In this document: positions 41,205-52,071 of the stretch, piece by piece | How positions within the stretch are numbered: position 1 is the stretch's first letter | How the letters are laid out: each line of letters opens with the position of its first letter | Origin: Opitutales bacterium | Lineage (GTDB): Bacteria > Verrucomicrobiota > Verrucomicrobiia > Opitutales > PNEW01 | Length of the DNA: 64,000 nucleotides | Direction: 5' to 3' | NCBI GenBank assembly: GCA_965197745.1 | Contig: CBDANS010000004.1 | Span: 32,001 to 96,000, forward strand | Made by a program: the position numbers and the translations under genes | The notes under the pieces: model-generated | Seen by the model: the letters and a program-made list of their open reading frames with translations, nothing else | Databases searched by the model: none | Told to the model about the DNA's origin: nothing

Positions 41205-41910
41205 TCGCCTGCTCGATCTCATTTATCCGCGAAATTGTGTCGTAACGGGTAATCCGGTTGGCGAGGGAATCTATCGTTACATCAGCGATGAAAGCGCGAG
41301 TGAACTTTACCGGGTAAAAGCTCCTTATTGTCCGACCTGTGGGCAACCCTATTACGGTCTCGTTATGAGTCTGCGCAACTGCCCTCACTGTGAGGAACTC
41401 AAACCGATTTTTAAGGGAGGACGAAGTCTTTTACTCTACCGTGGCCTGGGGCGCGAAATTATTCAGCGATTAAAATACAACAAGGCGTTTTACTTGCTCG
41501 ATGATATTAAACAAATCATACGCGAGGATCGGAATATATTAGAATACCTTGAGCATTCCGTTCTTGTCCCGGTTCCCCTTCATCGAAGAAAATTAAGGGA
41601 ACGCGGTTTTAATCAAAGCCGGCTAATCGCCGACTGTTTTTCTGAGCTGACGAATAGCTCACCGGTAATTGAAGCTCTAAAGAGAGATGTCGATACGGCA
41701 TCGCAAACGCGTTTAAATCGCGGTCAGCGTGAGAGAAATGTTAAAAATGCCTTTTCTTTATCAAAAAAGACTGTTCTAATCAAAACCAGGAAAATAATCG
41801 TCGTAGATGATGTATTTACTACTGGAAACACCCTTAATGCCTGCTGTGCCGTGCTTCAACGCGCGGGCTATGAAGAACTCTACGTTCTGACCTTAGGGCA
41901 CGGTCAATAG
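41167..41910 (+). CDS. comF: ComF-family double zinc ribbon / phosphoribosyltransferase
   Basis: CPTCG..CPHC, VPVPLH, RGFNQS, VVDDVFTTGNT. Confidence 0.9.
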   Translation: MKGVGLKISLWTDRLLDLIYPRNCVVTGNPVGEGIYRYISDESASELYRVKAPYCPTCGQPYYGLVMSLRNCPHCEELKPIFKGGRSLLLYRGLGREIIQRLKYNKAFYLLDDIKQIIREDRNILEYLEHSVLVPVPLHRRKLRERGFNQSRLIADCFSELTNSSPVIEALKRDVDTASQTRLNRGQRERNVKNAFSLSKKTVLIKTRKIIVVDDVFTTGNTLNACCAVLQRAGYEELYVLTLGHGQ

Positions 41911-42026
41911 CCAGGGCCAATTATAATTTAATCTGAACGTATTTTTATTTTCCTTTCTCTATAGATAGAGTCTTCGAACAATTAATTTTGTAACTATCCG
42001 GCAATAGATTAACCGATAAACTGACC

Positions 42027-42890
42027 ATGGCATTATTTAGTAAACCGAAATACTCGACGGTCGTCGTTAAGAACAAAAAGGATATTCCCGAGAATCTCTA
42101 CACCTCTTGTCCTGTTTCCGGCGAAATTATTTATAATAAAGAACTCGAGAAAAATTTAATGGTTGTGCCAAAAAGCGGCTATCACTTTCCGCTCCGCGCG
42201 CCCAAGCGAATAGAAACGCTAGTCGACGAGAATACCTTCCAGGAGCACGACCGGGAAATGACCTCTGTCGATGTGCTTAATTTTGAAGGATACAAAGATA
42301 AGCTGAAAAAAGATCAGAATAAGTCGAACCTGTTCGAAGCGGTGGTTAGCGGGATAGGTAAAATTGGCGATATTACGACATCGCTCAGTGTTATGGATTT
42401 TCGTTTCCGCGGTGCGAGCATGGGATCTGTAGTCGGGGAAAAAATAACCCGAACCATTGAGCGGGCGGCAGAAATTAAATGCCCACTTGTCATTGTTTCC
42501 GCTTCCGGAGGCGCACGCATGGAAGAGGGGATTCTCAGTTTAATGCAGATGGCAAAGACGAGTGCTGCTCTTGCCAAATTGAATGAAGCCGGTCTGCCTT
42601 ACATTTCAATCCTCACCAATCCCACTTATGGCGGGGTCTCGGCAAGTTTTGCCTCACTCGGTGACGTCATCCTCGCGGAACCACGCGCCCTCATTGGTTT
42701 TGCCGGAAAACGCGTAATTAAAGAAGGCACGAAAGAAGAATTACCCAAAGGATTTCAGACGGCTGAATTTCTTCTCGAACACGGGTTGATCGATCAGATT
42801 GTGCCACGCCCACAAATACGCGAACGGCTTATATCATTGCTGCACGCTTTTTACCTGGGCAAAGAACCCGTGAACGGCAGAAATAATTAA
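42027..42890 (+). CDS. accD: Acetyl-CoA carboxylase carboxyltransferase beta subunit
   Basis: [44 protein letters not shown]. Confidence 0.97.
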   Translation: MALFSKPKYSTVVVKNKKDIPENLYTSCPVSGEIIYNKELEKNLMVVPKSGYHFPLRAPKRIETLVDENTFQEHDREMTSVDVLNFEGYKDKLKKDQNKSNLFEAVVSGIGKIGDITTSLSVMDFRFRGASMGSVVGEKITRTIERAAEIKCPLVIVSASGGARMEEGILSLMQMAKTSAALAKLNEAGLPYISILTNPTYGGVSASFASLGDVILAEPRALIGFAGKRVIKEGTKEELPKGFQTAEFLLEHGLIDQIVPRPQIRERLISLLHAFYLGKEPVNGRNN

Positions 42891-42938
42891 TTGAAGTGTC
42901 ATTCGGCCGACACTTTACTCACTCCCCTGAGCTGAGCA

Positions 42939-44246
42939 ATGCCGACTGCGTATTTCAATAATTATCCCGAAGCGAAGAGCTACCTCTACAGTTTGAGGTA
43001 TCATGGAGCCAAGTATGGCATTGAGCGGATGCAACTGCTGGCGGAAACCCTGGGCCATCCTGAGCACCAATTCCCGATTATTCATGTAGCGGGGACAAAC
43101 GGGAAAGGGTCCACCTGCGCAATGCTTGAATCTATCTATCGAAACGCAGGTTTAAAGACCGGGCTTTTCACATCGCCCCACCTCGTATTTCAAGGGGAGC
43201 GCATTCAAATAAATCGATCTATTCTCAGTCACGATGAGATTCTTCATTATACCAATGAACTAAAAGAGATTGCCGACGCGCTGGCGAAAGTAAATCCCGA
43301 TGACCATCCATCTTTTTTTGAATTCATGACCGCGATGGCATTCCTCCACTTTAATCGTGAGGCCGTCGAAATTGGTATTTTTGAGACAGGATTAGGCGGT
43401 CGACTCGACTCAACTAATGTGGTCCACCCTGAGATTACGGTGATTACTTCAATCAGTCTTGATCATATTAACATCCTGGGCGACACCATTGAAAAAATCG
43501 CGGGAGAGAAAGCGGGTATTATTAAAGCTAACAGACCGGTGGTGATTGGCCTACTACCGGATGAAGCGGAAAAAGTAATCCGTGAGATTGCCCGACAGCG
43601 CAGTGCTGCCGTTTACAGTATTCGGGAGCGTTTTAGCTCCGAGGCAAGGGGATACCCCCAGACCAACCTTTACGGAGCTTACCAGCGTTATAACGCGGCA
43701 ACAGCCACACTCGTTTGTGAATTGCTGCGGAAAAAATTTCCCATTTCTAATGACTTAATTGAAAAAGGGCTACAGAAGGTCGAATGGGCCGGTCGCTGGG
43801 AGCGGCATCAGGTTGATTCGAAAACGATCATCCTCGATTCGTCTCACAATCCCGAAGGGGCAGAGATACTTGCGGACAATCTGGAAAACCTGGTTCAAGA
43901 GACAGGGTGTAAGCCCATAATCCTTGCGGGAACACTGGGAGAATTTCGTGCCGAAGTGTTAATGCCGGTAGTCGCCCGCTATGCCCGAGAAATAGTCCTC
44001 CTCAGACCCAGTCAACCGCGAGCATGCACCTTCGAGATACTGGAAAAATATATACCCAAGGACTACGAAGGAAAAATTCGGCGCGCTGAAGTCAAAGACA
44101 TTTTCCCTTTTCCCGGAAACTGTGCCGAAGGAGATGAGGGTGACACTTTAGTGGTAACGGGCACTATTTATCTCATAGGTGAGATAATCGAAGCGCTGCA
44201 TTATGAGCTGCCCGTTGAAGAGCAAAGTCTTCAAGATTTACCATGA
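42939..44246 (+). CDS. folC: Folylpolyglutamate synthase / dihydrofolate synthase
   Basis: HVAGTNGKGS, FTSPHL, ETGLGGRLDSTN, DSSHNP. Confidence 0.96.
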   Translation: MPTAYFNNYPEAKSYLYSLRYHGAKYGIERMQLLAETLGHPEHQFPIIHVAGTNGKGSTCAMLESIYRNAGLKTGLFTSPHLVFQGERIQINRSILSHDEILHYTNELKEIADALAKVNPDDHPSFFEFMTAMAFLHFNREAVEIGIFETGLGGRLDSTNVVHPEITVITSISLDHINILGDTIEKIAGEKAGIIKANRPVVIGLLPDEAEKVIREIARQRSAAVYSIRERFSSEARGYPQTNLYGAYQRYNAATATLVCELLRKKFPISNDLIEKGLQKVEWAGRWERHQVDSKTIILDSSHNPEGAEILADNLENLVQETGCKPIILAGTLGEFRAEVLMPVVARYAREIVLLRPSQPRACTFEILEKYIPKDYEGKIRRAEVKDIFPFPGNCAEGDEGDTLVVTGTIYLIGEIIEALHYELPVEEQSLQDLP

Positions 44247-44333
44247 GGGTGATTCATGTATGGAGGTGTGCACGACGTTGCGCCTGCAGTCATAATTTAA
44301 GATTTATCCTGTTGGATTAATTATTACTCCAAA

Positions 44334-44399
44334 CGGCCACGACGGAGCGTGGCCCTCCAGAAAAGACTAAAAATGGAGGGCCACTCTCCGTCGTGGCCG
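44334..44399. repeat. REP/REPIN-like inverted pair between convergent folC and purA
   Basis: CGGCCACGACGGAGCGTGGCCCTCCA ... TGGAGGGCCACTCTCCGTCGTGGCCG; each arm is itself palindromic. Confidence 0.75.
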
Positions 44400-44551
44400 C
44401 TGAGAATAAGAAAATGATTACTTATACTTATTTAGAGGACGTAGACGTAGACGTAGAGGCAGACGAAGACGAAGATTTTATTGGTTATCTTAATACCTCT
44501 CAGCCATCATCTCACTCAGTCCATTCTCGATCGAGAATGAAAAAGAAATGC

Positions 44552-46108
44552 TCAGGATCCGGCGAGGGCGAGAAGTTTTTCAATGCGGGGTACGTCACGA
44601 ATGATCTGCGAGGGGTCAGGCCCGACACCGATATAGCGAAGATTGGGCAATGTTTCTGTGCGTTTACCGTCACGGAAAGCGACATCCACTATACTCTTCA
44701 TGAGCACGGCTATGTAGCGGCGAGCGTTTTCCGGAAGATCTTCAAATTGTCGTATACCGGTGATATCTTCCTTCCAACCGGGAAGTTGAACAAAGACGGG
44801 TTGAAGGAGACGACGTTGAGCATCATCACGAGGCAGTTGATGAAGAAGTTTTCCATCTGAATCGCGGTAAGCGGTACAAATGAGCAGTTCTCCGCCCTGC
44901 CATAGTCCGCTGTAACTGAGCGCGTCAAGCTTGTTAATCATAAGATCCTGGTAACCACCATAACGAAGAGCATCCCCTTTTTCCACGGCGTCACACCAGC
45001 CGACCATGCGTTGGCGGCCGGTTGATGTTCCGAATTCCAGATCTTTAAGTTTAATAGCCAGCGGGTGCTCATCGGGAATCTTCGTAAGGAAGACATGCGT
45101 GCCGACTTTCGTATCATAAGCTTTGCAAACACCGATGGTGTGTAGCGGTTGCAGGGGGATCCCGGCTGACTGGAAAAACTCGGGAGTGAAAGTGTGGGAA
45201 GCGGTAACATTGGGGGGGAATCCGTGGCGCTTATCCAACCAGTAGGACTGGCCGAATTCACCAATGATGTAATGACCATTTTTCAGCTCACTGAGAACGG
45301 TTTCACGAACATCACCGATATTATCCTGGAACGAGGACCCGGCTTCCCAATAGGCATCGATCAGGGTGTCATTATCAAGGCTGAAGGGTGTGGACCCTTT
45401 AAACTTGTGAAAATCAAATTCATCTTCGGGGAATACATCCGCCTCGATACTACTCGCGTTAGCTCGCACTTCAGCATCGGTAAGAACATCAAAAAAACGG
45501 TCCCAATTTTCAGGACTGACCTGGCAGACATGTTCTATAGTGAGAAGCACGCGGTTGACGCGTTGTTTCAGCTTGTGCGCAAAGGCATCTTTGCTGCCCT
45601 TAAAATCACTGTAATAAATCTGTCTTTGACCCACTTCATCGATGAAAGCGGGGGTGATCCCGCGTCCTGTGCTGCCACGTGCGTCCTCTTTGAGGACATT
45701 GACACGGTAATCTTCCCAAGAAAGGTCGAGCAATCGATGACTGAGATCGCTTACTTGGGTGCGTTCATCGATTAGCAGTCGGGCAAGAACATTATAATCC
45801 CGCTTTTCAAGCGGGTTAATCTCCCACCTGAACTTTCGCGGATCGGCAACAACACCGCAGCCAATTGCTAAACAGGGCACCTCGGGATCAATGACAGCAG
45901 CCGGCAGAAGATTTAATTTAAGACCGCCGGCGGTGTGTCCTGAATTGGCGCCCCCGTTTACTTTCATCACGGCGCCAACGCCATTGCTCCCACCGTGTGA
46001 CTGGCGGAGCTCATCGATAATTTCATAAATGAGTCTACCTTTGCCCTCATCGCCCATGCTAATCCCCACATCGGCAATAATTTTACTCGTAAAGGGTAAT
46101 AGAGCCAT
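44552..46108 (-). CDS. purA: Adenylosuccinate synthetase
   Basis: [40 protein letters not shown]. Confidence 0.93.
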   Translation of the reverse strand: MALLPFTSKIIADVGISMGDEGKGRLIYEIIDELRQSHGGSNGVGAVMKVNGGANSGHTAGGLKLNLLPAAVIDPEVPCLAIGCGVVADPRKFRWEINPLEKRDYNVLARLLIDERTQVSDLSHRLLDLSWEDYRVNVLKEDARGSTGRGITPAFIDEVGQRQIYYSDFKGSKDAFAHKLKQRVNRVLLTIEHVCQVSPENWDRFFDVLTDAEVRANASSIEADVFPEDEFDFHKFKGSTPFSLDNDTLIDAYWEAGSSFQDNIGDVRETVLSELKNGHYIIGEFGQSYWLDKRHGFPPNVTASHTFTPEFFQSAGIPLQPLHTIGVCKAYDTKVGTHVFLTKIPDEHPLAIKLKDLEFGTSTGRQRMVGWCDAVEKGDALRYGGYQDLMINKLDALSYSGLWQGGELLICTAYRDSDGKLLHQLPRDDAQRRLLQPVFVQLPGWKEDITGIRQFEDLPENARRYIAVLMKSIVDVAFRDGKRTETLPNLRYIGVGPDPSQIIRDVPRIEKLLALAGS

Positions 46109-46414
46109 CGGTGCCCAACTTATTTACAATTATTGTTCGCTCGGAGTTGTGCTTTTAACACAAAAAAGACAGACTATGGTCTTTAGTGTTTTATATTGCA
46201 ATGTAAATCCGTAACTAAAACGGGTTTTCTCTTTTTCCGGGATCAAGGAGCATAAAAAAGGGGAGGGAATTAAATAATTGAGAGGAAGTAGAAAGTCATT
46301 AAATATTTATTATAACGCTGATAGATAGATTGTTAAAGAGACAACGATAGTTAATTTTCGGGGTTTATTATTTTTAAAACTCATTACCACCTATAACTTA
46401 AATTCTGCAAAAGA

Positions 46415-46828
46415 GTGAAACCTATATTAAACGCGTTATATTTTATTATTTTATTCTGCTTATCTGGCTGCTCGACCACCATGGAAATGGTGGAATTTAA
46501 AAGTGGTGAAAAAGCAGAGGCCTTTGTTGACGCCAATAAGCGCGAGATCCGCGTCTATTTACCTGATGGGGAAATCTTAAAAGGGCCTTATAGTATTGCC
46601 ACGAATCCGCGCTTCAGTGTCGGCGCAGGGATCGGCGGTTCCCGGGGGAGCGTGATCTACCCATCAATAAGCCTCGATCCGGGTTCGAAAATTTATGCGT
46701 TGCTCTCCAGTGAGAAACCTGCCTCAACCCTGGTGATGGAAGTCATCGCCGATCATAGCAAAGTCACAGGCACGGGGCGGGGTGAAGCGCGAACCAACGA
46801 TGGGCGTGTGTTCAAAATTGTGTTCTAA
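46415..46828 (+). CDS. Hypothetical lipoprotein
   Basis: Lipobox LSGC. Confidence 0.7.
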   Translation: MKPILNALYFIILFCLSGCSTTMEMVEFKSGEKAEAFVDANKREIRVYLPDGEILKGPYSIATNPRFSVGAGIGGSRGSVIYPSISLDPGSKIYALLSSEKPASTLVMEVIADHSKVTGTGRGEARTNDGRVFKIVF

Positions 46829-46838
46829 TATTGCCGGG

Positions 46839-48080
46839 TCAAGGGATCGGCCTCGATAGCGTTGCCCCGATTGCCTTTTCAATGAGCGCTATCGCCTGTT
46901 GCTCGGATCGTAAATCGCCCGTCGCCTTAGCGATATCGTCACTGATTTTTACGACGGAGATATTATTGATGGCGATCATTTTGATAACGATATCGAGAGC
47001 CGGACTGTTATCAATATCATTGGTGAAATGGGTGCCGATGCCATAAGATGCTTTTACACGGCTGTTGATGTATTTTTCTATGGCAATCGCTTTATCCACG
47101 TTCAGGGAGTCACTGAATACCAATTTTTTTGTCATAGGGTCGATGGCGTGTTTCTCGTAGTGGGCCAGGATATCATCGATAAAAATATAAGGGCTTCCAC
47201 TATCATGACGTACGCCCTCAAAGGTCTCGGCAAGTTCGCTTCTGAAATCGAGAAGAAATAACGCGTTGGTATAGGTGTCGGTGAGTGCAATACCGAGTTG
47301 GCCAGCAAAAACTTTTTGCCATGCCTCGAAGGCATGCTGGTTGGCGTGACGAATACCGTAAAGTCCGGCATGCCCCATGATCCACTCGTGGGCCATAGTG
47401 CCTATAGGTTGAATACCGGATTTTCGAGCGAGATAGACGTTACTTGTCCCGGTAAAGGTACTCATTACATTTTTAAGATAATGAGGGAGATCGCAAAAAG
47501 CACGAACGGCTTCTTCGTGTAATGCATAGCTGCGCCGGCGTCGAGTCCCGAAGTCTACAAACAGGCATCCTGCCCTGGATAATTTGAGTCCTTTTTTAAG
47601 AGTCTTATCATAATAAGCTTCGCGATCATCAGACCACTGAGTATCAATAAGTTCAAAATAGGTTTCACTGATCATTGCGAGAAGGGGAACCTCCCAAAGA
47701 ATGGTGTGCGCCCAAATTCCTCGAACCTTAAGATTAAGGTGACCTGCATCGGTTAATAATAGATCGACTTCACCGGGATCGAAACGGAATGCTTGCAGGT
47801 AATCCAAGTAATCGCCGTTAAAAAAATTGAACTGAGAAAGCCAGGTTCGCTCGGAGGGTGTTAATGCCAGCGCAGACATTTCCTCGACTCTCAGCTTGAG
47901 CCTTTCTATGAATTGAGGAGTTAGTGGTTTTATCTTAGCCCGTTTGATAAAATGATAGCATACCACAGCCTCGGGATGGCACTGCAGCACGGCACGTTGC
48001 ATCGTGAATTTATAGAGATCGTTGTCTAAAATACTGGAAAGCATAAGGGCATTATATAGCAAAGAATGGTTACTGGACAA
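46839..48080 (-). CDS. pncB: Nicotinate phosphoribosyltransferase
   Basis: DNDLYKFTM, DFGTRRR, GTSNV, GTMAHEW, RHDSG, GIGT. Confidence 0.96.
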   Translation of the reverse strand: MSSNHSLLYNALMLSSILDNDLYKFTMQRAVLQCHPEAVVCYHFIKRAKIKPLTPQFIERLKLRVEEMSALALTPSERTWLSQFNFFNGDYLDYLQAFRFDPGEVDLLLTDAGHLNLKVRGIWAHTILWEVPLLAMISETYFELIDTQWSDDREAYYDKTLKKGLKLSRAGCLFVDFGTRRRRSYALHEEAVRAFCDLPHYLKNVMSTFTGTSNVYLARKSGIQPIGTMAHEWIMGHAGLYGIRHANQHAFEAWQKVFAGQLGIALTDTYTNALFLLDFRSELAETFEGVRHDSGSPYIFIDDILAHYEKHAIDPMTKKLVFSDSLNVDKAIAIEKYINSRVKASYGIGTHFTNDIDNSPALDIVIKMIAINNISVVKISDDIAKATGDLRSEQQAIALIEKAIGATLSRPIP

Positions 48081-48087
48081 CAGGTGA

Positions 48088-48699
48088 TCACAATACCTCT
48101 TTGGAGTGAATAAACCTGGCTCCCGCGTCTCGCATCTTATTCATTGCATCTGCCATTGAACCGTTGGTATCAATACCTTTAGTAGCATCTTCGATAACAT
48201 ATATTTCAAAACCCTGTTTGCGACCGTCAACTACTGACCAGTGGACACAAAAGTCCGTTGCCAGTCCGACAAAATATAAAGTTTTTATATCACGATCGCG
48301 AAGAAATCCAGCAAGGCCGGTCGGTGTCTGGTGATCATTTTCGAAAAAGACAGAATAGGAATCGATTTCTTTGCGAAAGCCTTTGCGTAAGATTAGTTCT
48401 GCACGAGGCACATTTAATCGGGAATGAAACTGTGCACCTGCGGTGTCTTGTAGGCAATGATCAGGCCAGAGAATCTGATCACCGTAATCTAATTTTACCA
48501 TCTCGTATGGTTTTCTTCCCTGATGTGATGAGGCAAAGGATAGATGGCCGGGGGGATGCCAGTCCTGTGTCAGGATAGTATGCTCAAACCCCTGTGAAAG
48601 TTTATTAATTACGGGAAGAATGGTGTCTCCTTCGGGGACCGCTAAATTACCTCCGGGGCAAAAGTCGTTCTGCATATCGACAACGATTAAAGCATCCAT
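48088..48699 (-). CDS. pncA: Nicotinamidase/pyrazinamidase
   Basis: VDMQNDFCPGG, QDWHP, WPDHC, DSYS, GLATDFCV. Confidence 0.96.
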   Translation of the reverse strand: MDALIVVDMQNDFCPGGNLAVPEGDTILPVINKLSQGFEHTILTQDWHPPGHLSFASSHQGRKPYEMVKLDYGDQILWPDHCLQDTAGAQFHSRLNVPRAELILRKGFRKEIDSYSVFFENDHQTPTGLAGFLRDRDIKTLYFVGLATDFCVHWSVVDGRKQGFEIYVIEDATKGIDTNGSMADAMNKMRDAGARFIHSKEVL

Positions 48700-49117
48700 C
48701 TCTTTACCTTTGTCTATAGTTTCAGGGTAAAAATTATAATTCTACTTTATTGAACTTGGGCTTTTTCGCAGTTCCAAAAGCTGCTTTTTGAAGCGTGGAT
48801 CACTGCAATGTAAGGATGGCTTTATCTCCCCAACTATCAATCTCTGTTTGTCATCTACAGTGACTAAAAATCTGAGAAGAATTGCTGGGATAATTTTATA
48901 ATAATTAATTCTCAATATATTATGTGATTGGGTCATATAGAGGCATAATGACTGACGAATGGGGTTAAAATAGGGTATTATTACTATTAGCCAGAAATTT
49001 TCCGGAAAAAACTTGTCTCAGAGCCTATAATCCTGTAATTTAGGTAAGTTAATACCCCTAGATTAATTATAAATATTACTTATAAAAGCTTTTTTACACT
49101 GGACAGCATATATTTAT

Positions 49118-49621
49118 ATGTCTAATCTTAAAAATCTCGTGGTAGGTATAAGTAATGCAGCAGAGCTAAAATCGAAAAGTTCAATAAAAGGTTCTCATAA
49201 AAAAATCAGCGGATACTCGCTTATCGAGTTGATGATGGGGACGGCAGTATTGACAGTAGTATTGGCAGGTACATTCAGTGCGTTAGGACAAGCCCTGACC
49301 TTGTCTGAAAAAGTGCAGCATGCCAATTTTGTCACCGAGTTGCTGCAAAGTGAGCTGGATAAAATAGAGACTTACAATTGGAACGCGATTATCAGTCTAC
49401 CCGCCAGTGGAACATTTGATCCCAATAGTTATTTTACAGAAGTTCCATTGAAGAATTACACCTGCACACGGACGGTGCAAAATCACCCCTCATTCACTAA
49501 TGTGAAAGAGATTCGATTTACGGTCACCTGGGAAGACGTAAAGGGGAGAATGCACAGTCGTGAACTGGTCAACTATTATTCTAAAGGTGGGATGAATGAT
49601 TACTATTATGAAGCACTATAA
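49118..49621 (+). CDS. Prepilin-type N-methylation protein (PilV/GspI-like)
   Basis: G/YSLIELM cleavage motif followed by a hydrophobic helix. Confidence 0.85.
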   Translation: MSNLKNLVVGISNAAELKSKSSIKGSHKKISGYSLIELMMGTAVLTVVLAGTFSALGQALTLSEKVQHANFVTELLQSELDKIETYNWNAIISLPASGTFDPNSYFTEVPLKNYTCTRTVQNHPSFTNVKEIRFTVTWEDVKGRMHSRELVNYYSKGGMNDYYYEAL

Positions 49622-50135
49622 AGACAAAGGCTTCACGCTCATCGAAGTTACGATCGTCTTGTTTCTGGGATCGATCGTGTTGACTGCTCTTTCATCATCT
49701 CTGCTCACGATCATGAAGAGCTCTTACAGCTTAAACAATTATTCGGATATGGTGGTTAATGCAAAAAGAGCGCGCAACACTTTCACCAGTGATGTGAGTA
49801 AAGCACATGCTATTACTTACAGTGACCCGGCGAATTTTATAATAGCAATACGTACTTATCTGGGAGGCCCAATCTATAACGTGGAATACGATTACGATTC
49901 GATCAATAAGACGCTTACACGGACCCAGGGCGCTGCAACAACGACCCTCATGCGCGGCGTGGAAACCATGAGCTTTTCCTATTACACGCAAGTGGGAAAT
50001 GCTACGACGAAGAATATTGATACAAAGAAAATACACATGGAAGGCACGCTTGAGCGCTTGAATGGATTGGAGAACAACAATACTTATGCGGTCTCGACGC
50101 GCTGTTCATTGCGAAACCTGAGTATCGGCAACTGA
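49596..50135 (+). CDS. Prepilin-type protein (PilW/GspJ-like)
   Basis: KG/FTLIEV motif. Confidence 0.88.
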   Translation: MITIMKHYKDKGFTLIEVTIVLFLGSIVLTALSSSLLTIMKSSYSLNNYSDMVVNAKRARNTFTSDVSKAHAITYSDPANFIIAIRTYLGGPIYNVEYDYDSINKTLTRTQGAATTTLMRGVETMSFSYYTQVGNATTKNIDTKKIHMEGTLERLNGLENNNTYAVSTRCSLRNLSIGN

Positions 50136-51414
50136 TGAGAAAAAATACTAGAGGTTCCGTTGTGATGATAGCGCTGATGGTCGCTGGCATCTTCGGTTTT
50201 ATCGTGGCCAGCTTTTTACGCTCGACCATTACCGAGTTAAATATCGCGGAAGGAAATTTCAATCGGAGAAACGTTATCAATGTAACACACGCGGGAGCAG
50301 AGCTAGCCATCTCGACGCTCAATGAAGACGACTGGACAGGTTGGGTTAGTTACCCTCCCTGGATGATTCGCTCCTTATACAATATAGATATGGGCAACGG
50401 CGATACCGCGACAATGTATCTTTACCATTTGGATCAATCACCAAACCCACCCCGCATCTACAGCATCGTATACTTAAATTTAGCCAATGGAGAGCAGTTG
50501 CAGGAAAGTTTTTATTCTGACCTGAGGCAGCGTAAGGTTTTTCCCAACGGAATCACCACTCATGATGACATCGCCTTCACCACCACGGGAACGGTGACCG
50601 TTGACAGTTACACCTCTGATCCGGGAGTGAACCTGGGGATTTACGATCCATTCTTCAACCGCAACGACAGCGGCACCCTGGTGGGAGGCAAAGTAATAGC
50701 GGATGAGTTTGCCAAGGGTGAAGTCTACGGCTATATATCCACCTGGGTAGAACCTCACACTATCGGGGAGAATGGCAAGGTCTACGGAGTGAGCACCCCG
50801 CCGGAAACCAATGTCGATGACAGCCGGATAGCCGACGGATTTAAACCGACTTTTCTGGATGTGCCGGTCCCGCCAGGAGTGACCAGTGTCTACAGTTTTC
50901 CGGGAGGAAGCGACACCTTACCCGGAGCGGGAGCGAGCCCCGATTGATAACGGGAGACCTGCATATCGATAATGGAAAATCCCTGACGATCACCGAAAAC
51001 ATGACCCTGGTGGTGCAGGATGACGTGCATATCGATGGAACGCTGAAGGTCGCCGACGGCAAGCAATTGAAACTGTATATCAATGATGACTTCACCCTGC
51101 ATAGCGGTGGTAAGGTTGAAAATTTTTCCGGTGATCCGGGCAACCTGGGAGATCCGGGCAATATGGTTGTCTACTCGACAGACACGGGATCATATACCCC
51201 CAATTATACCATCGGCGGCATTGCTGCTTTTTATGGAGCGATTTACGCTCCCCGCGCGGATGTAGATATGCAAGCGGGCGGCGAGATGTTTGGATCAATT
51301 GTCGCCGAAAATGTAAACTTCCTGGGGGACTATGATTTTCATTATGATGAAGACCTTCAAAGCGTAGTCGGTGACAATCCCACCTTTACTTCTGACTTCG
51401 CACGGAATTATTAA
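50135..51414 (+). CDS. PilX-like minor pilin with C-terminal beta-solenoid adhesin-like domain, split by a frameshift at about 50940
   Basis: RG/SVVMIAL, AGAELAI; C-terminal FYGAIYAPRA...GSIVA...FHYDEDL. C4 to C5 fuses 50135-50947 with 50944-51414. Confidence 0.75.
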
Positions 51415-51496
51415 GCTCTTTGAAGGGGATCGTTAATAGCTTGACGCTATTAAAACTTACGAAATACGATCGATAACAGCTAGATAGCTTAGCGCT

Positions 51497-52069
51497 ATGG
51501 ATCCTATTATTTCCCTTGCCCAGAGAGCTAATCAATTAATGGGTGAAGAGCTCGTCCGCCGTAAACTTGCCCAACCTGAGATGATTGAGCAGGCAGCTCC
51601 CTTATTGGAAAAATACCTGAAAGAGGGTGAAATTAAACGCGCAAGCCTCTTAAAAATATTAATCTGGGATCTCGAACTTTTAGAAGAAAAGAAGATTCTG
51701 GATTTTCACATTGATGAACATCATTTAGGATTCTGTAATATTACTAATTATAATATTGATAGAGAATCTCTGCCCGATTTTAAACTCGGGGAGTGTTGGG
51801 CTACGATGAGCATCCCCCTGGATTTTATTTCTGATGTTTTCTTTGTCGCCACCGCTAATTATCTGAGCCCTGCCGTTATTGAACACTGGGAAAAACGGTT
51901 AACCCCCAATATTTTCTGGTACGTTGCGGATTTAACAATTTTGACCAGAACATTAGAAAGTCTGGAAAAAGAAGAAGAGAAAGATGAGGAAGAGAAAGCA
52001 GAAAAAGAGAATGATGAAGCTGTAGAAGAAAAAGCAGATAAAGAAGAAATGGTTAAAGCGGATAAATAA
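51497..52069 (+). CDS. Hypothetical protein resembling a stand-alone GspE/PilB N-terminal domain
   Basis: [11 protein letters not shown]...IEQA and IPLDF....FVAT.NYL patterns; acidic tail. Confidence 0.55.
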   Translation: MDPIISLAQRANQLMGEELVRRKLAQPEMIEQAAPLLEKYLKEGEIKRASLLKILIWDLELLEEKKILDFHIDEHHLGFCNITNYNIDRESLPDFKLGECWATMSIPLDFISDVFFVATANYLSPAVIEHWEKRLTPNIFWYVADLTILTRTLESLEKEEEKDEEEKAEKENDEAVEEKADKEEMVKADK

Positions 52070-52071
52070 TC

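Noticed and set aside
44393..44860. 155-aa ORF with a DVDVDV repeat
   Set aside because: Mostly antisense to purA; the N-terminus derives from an intergenic hexamer repeat.
46839..48699. pncA-pncB as a NAD-restoring anti-defence module linked to the SIR2 gene
   Set aside because: Ordinary Preiss-Handler salvage pair in a core context, more than 30 kb away.
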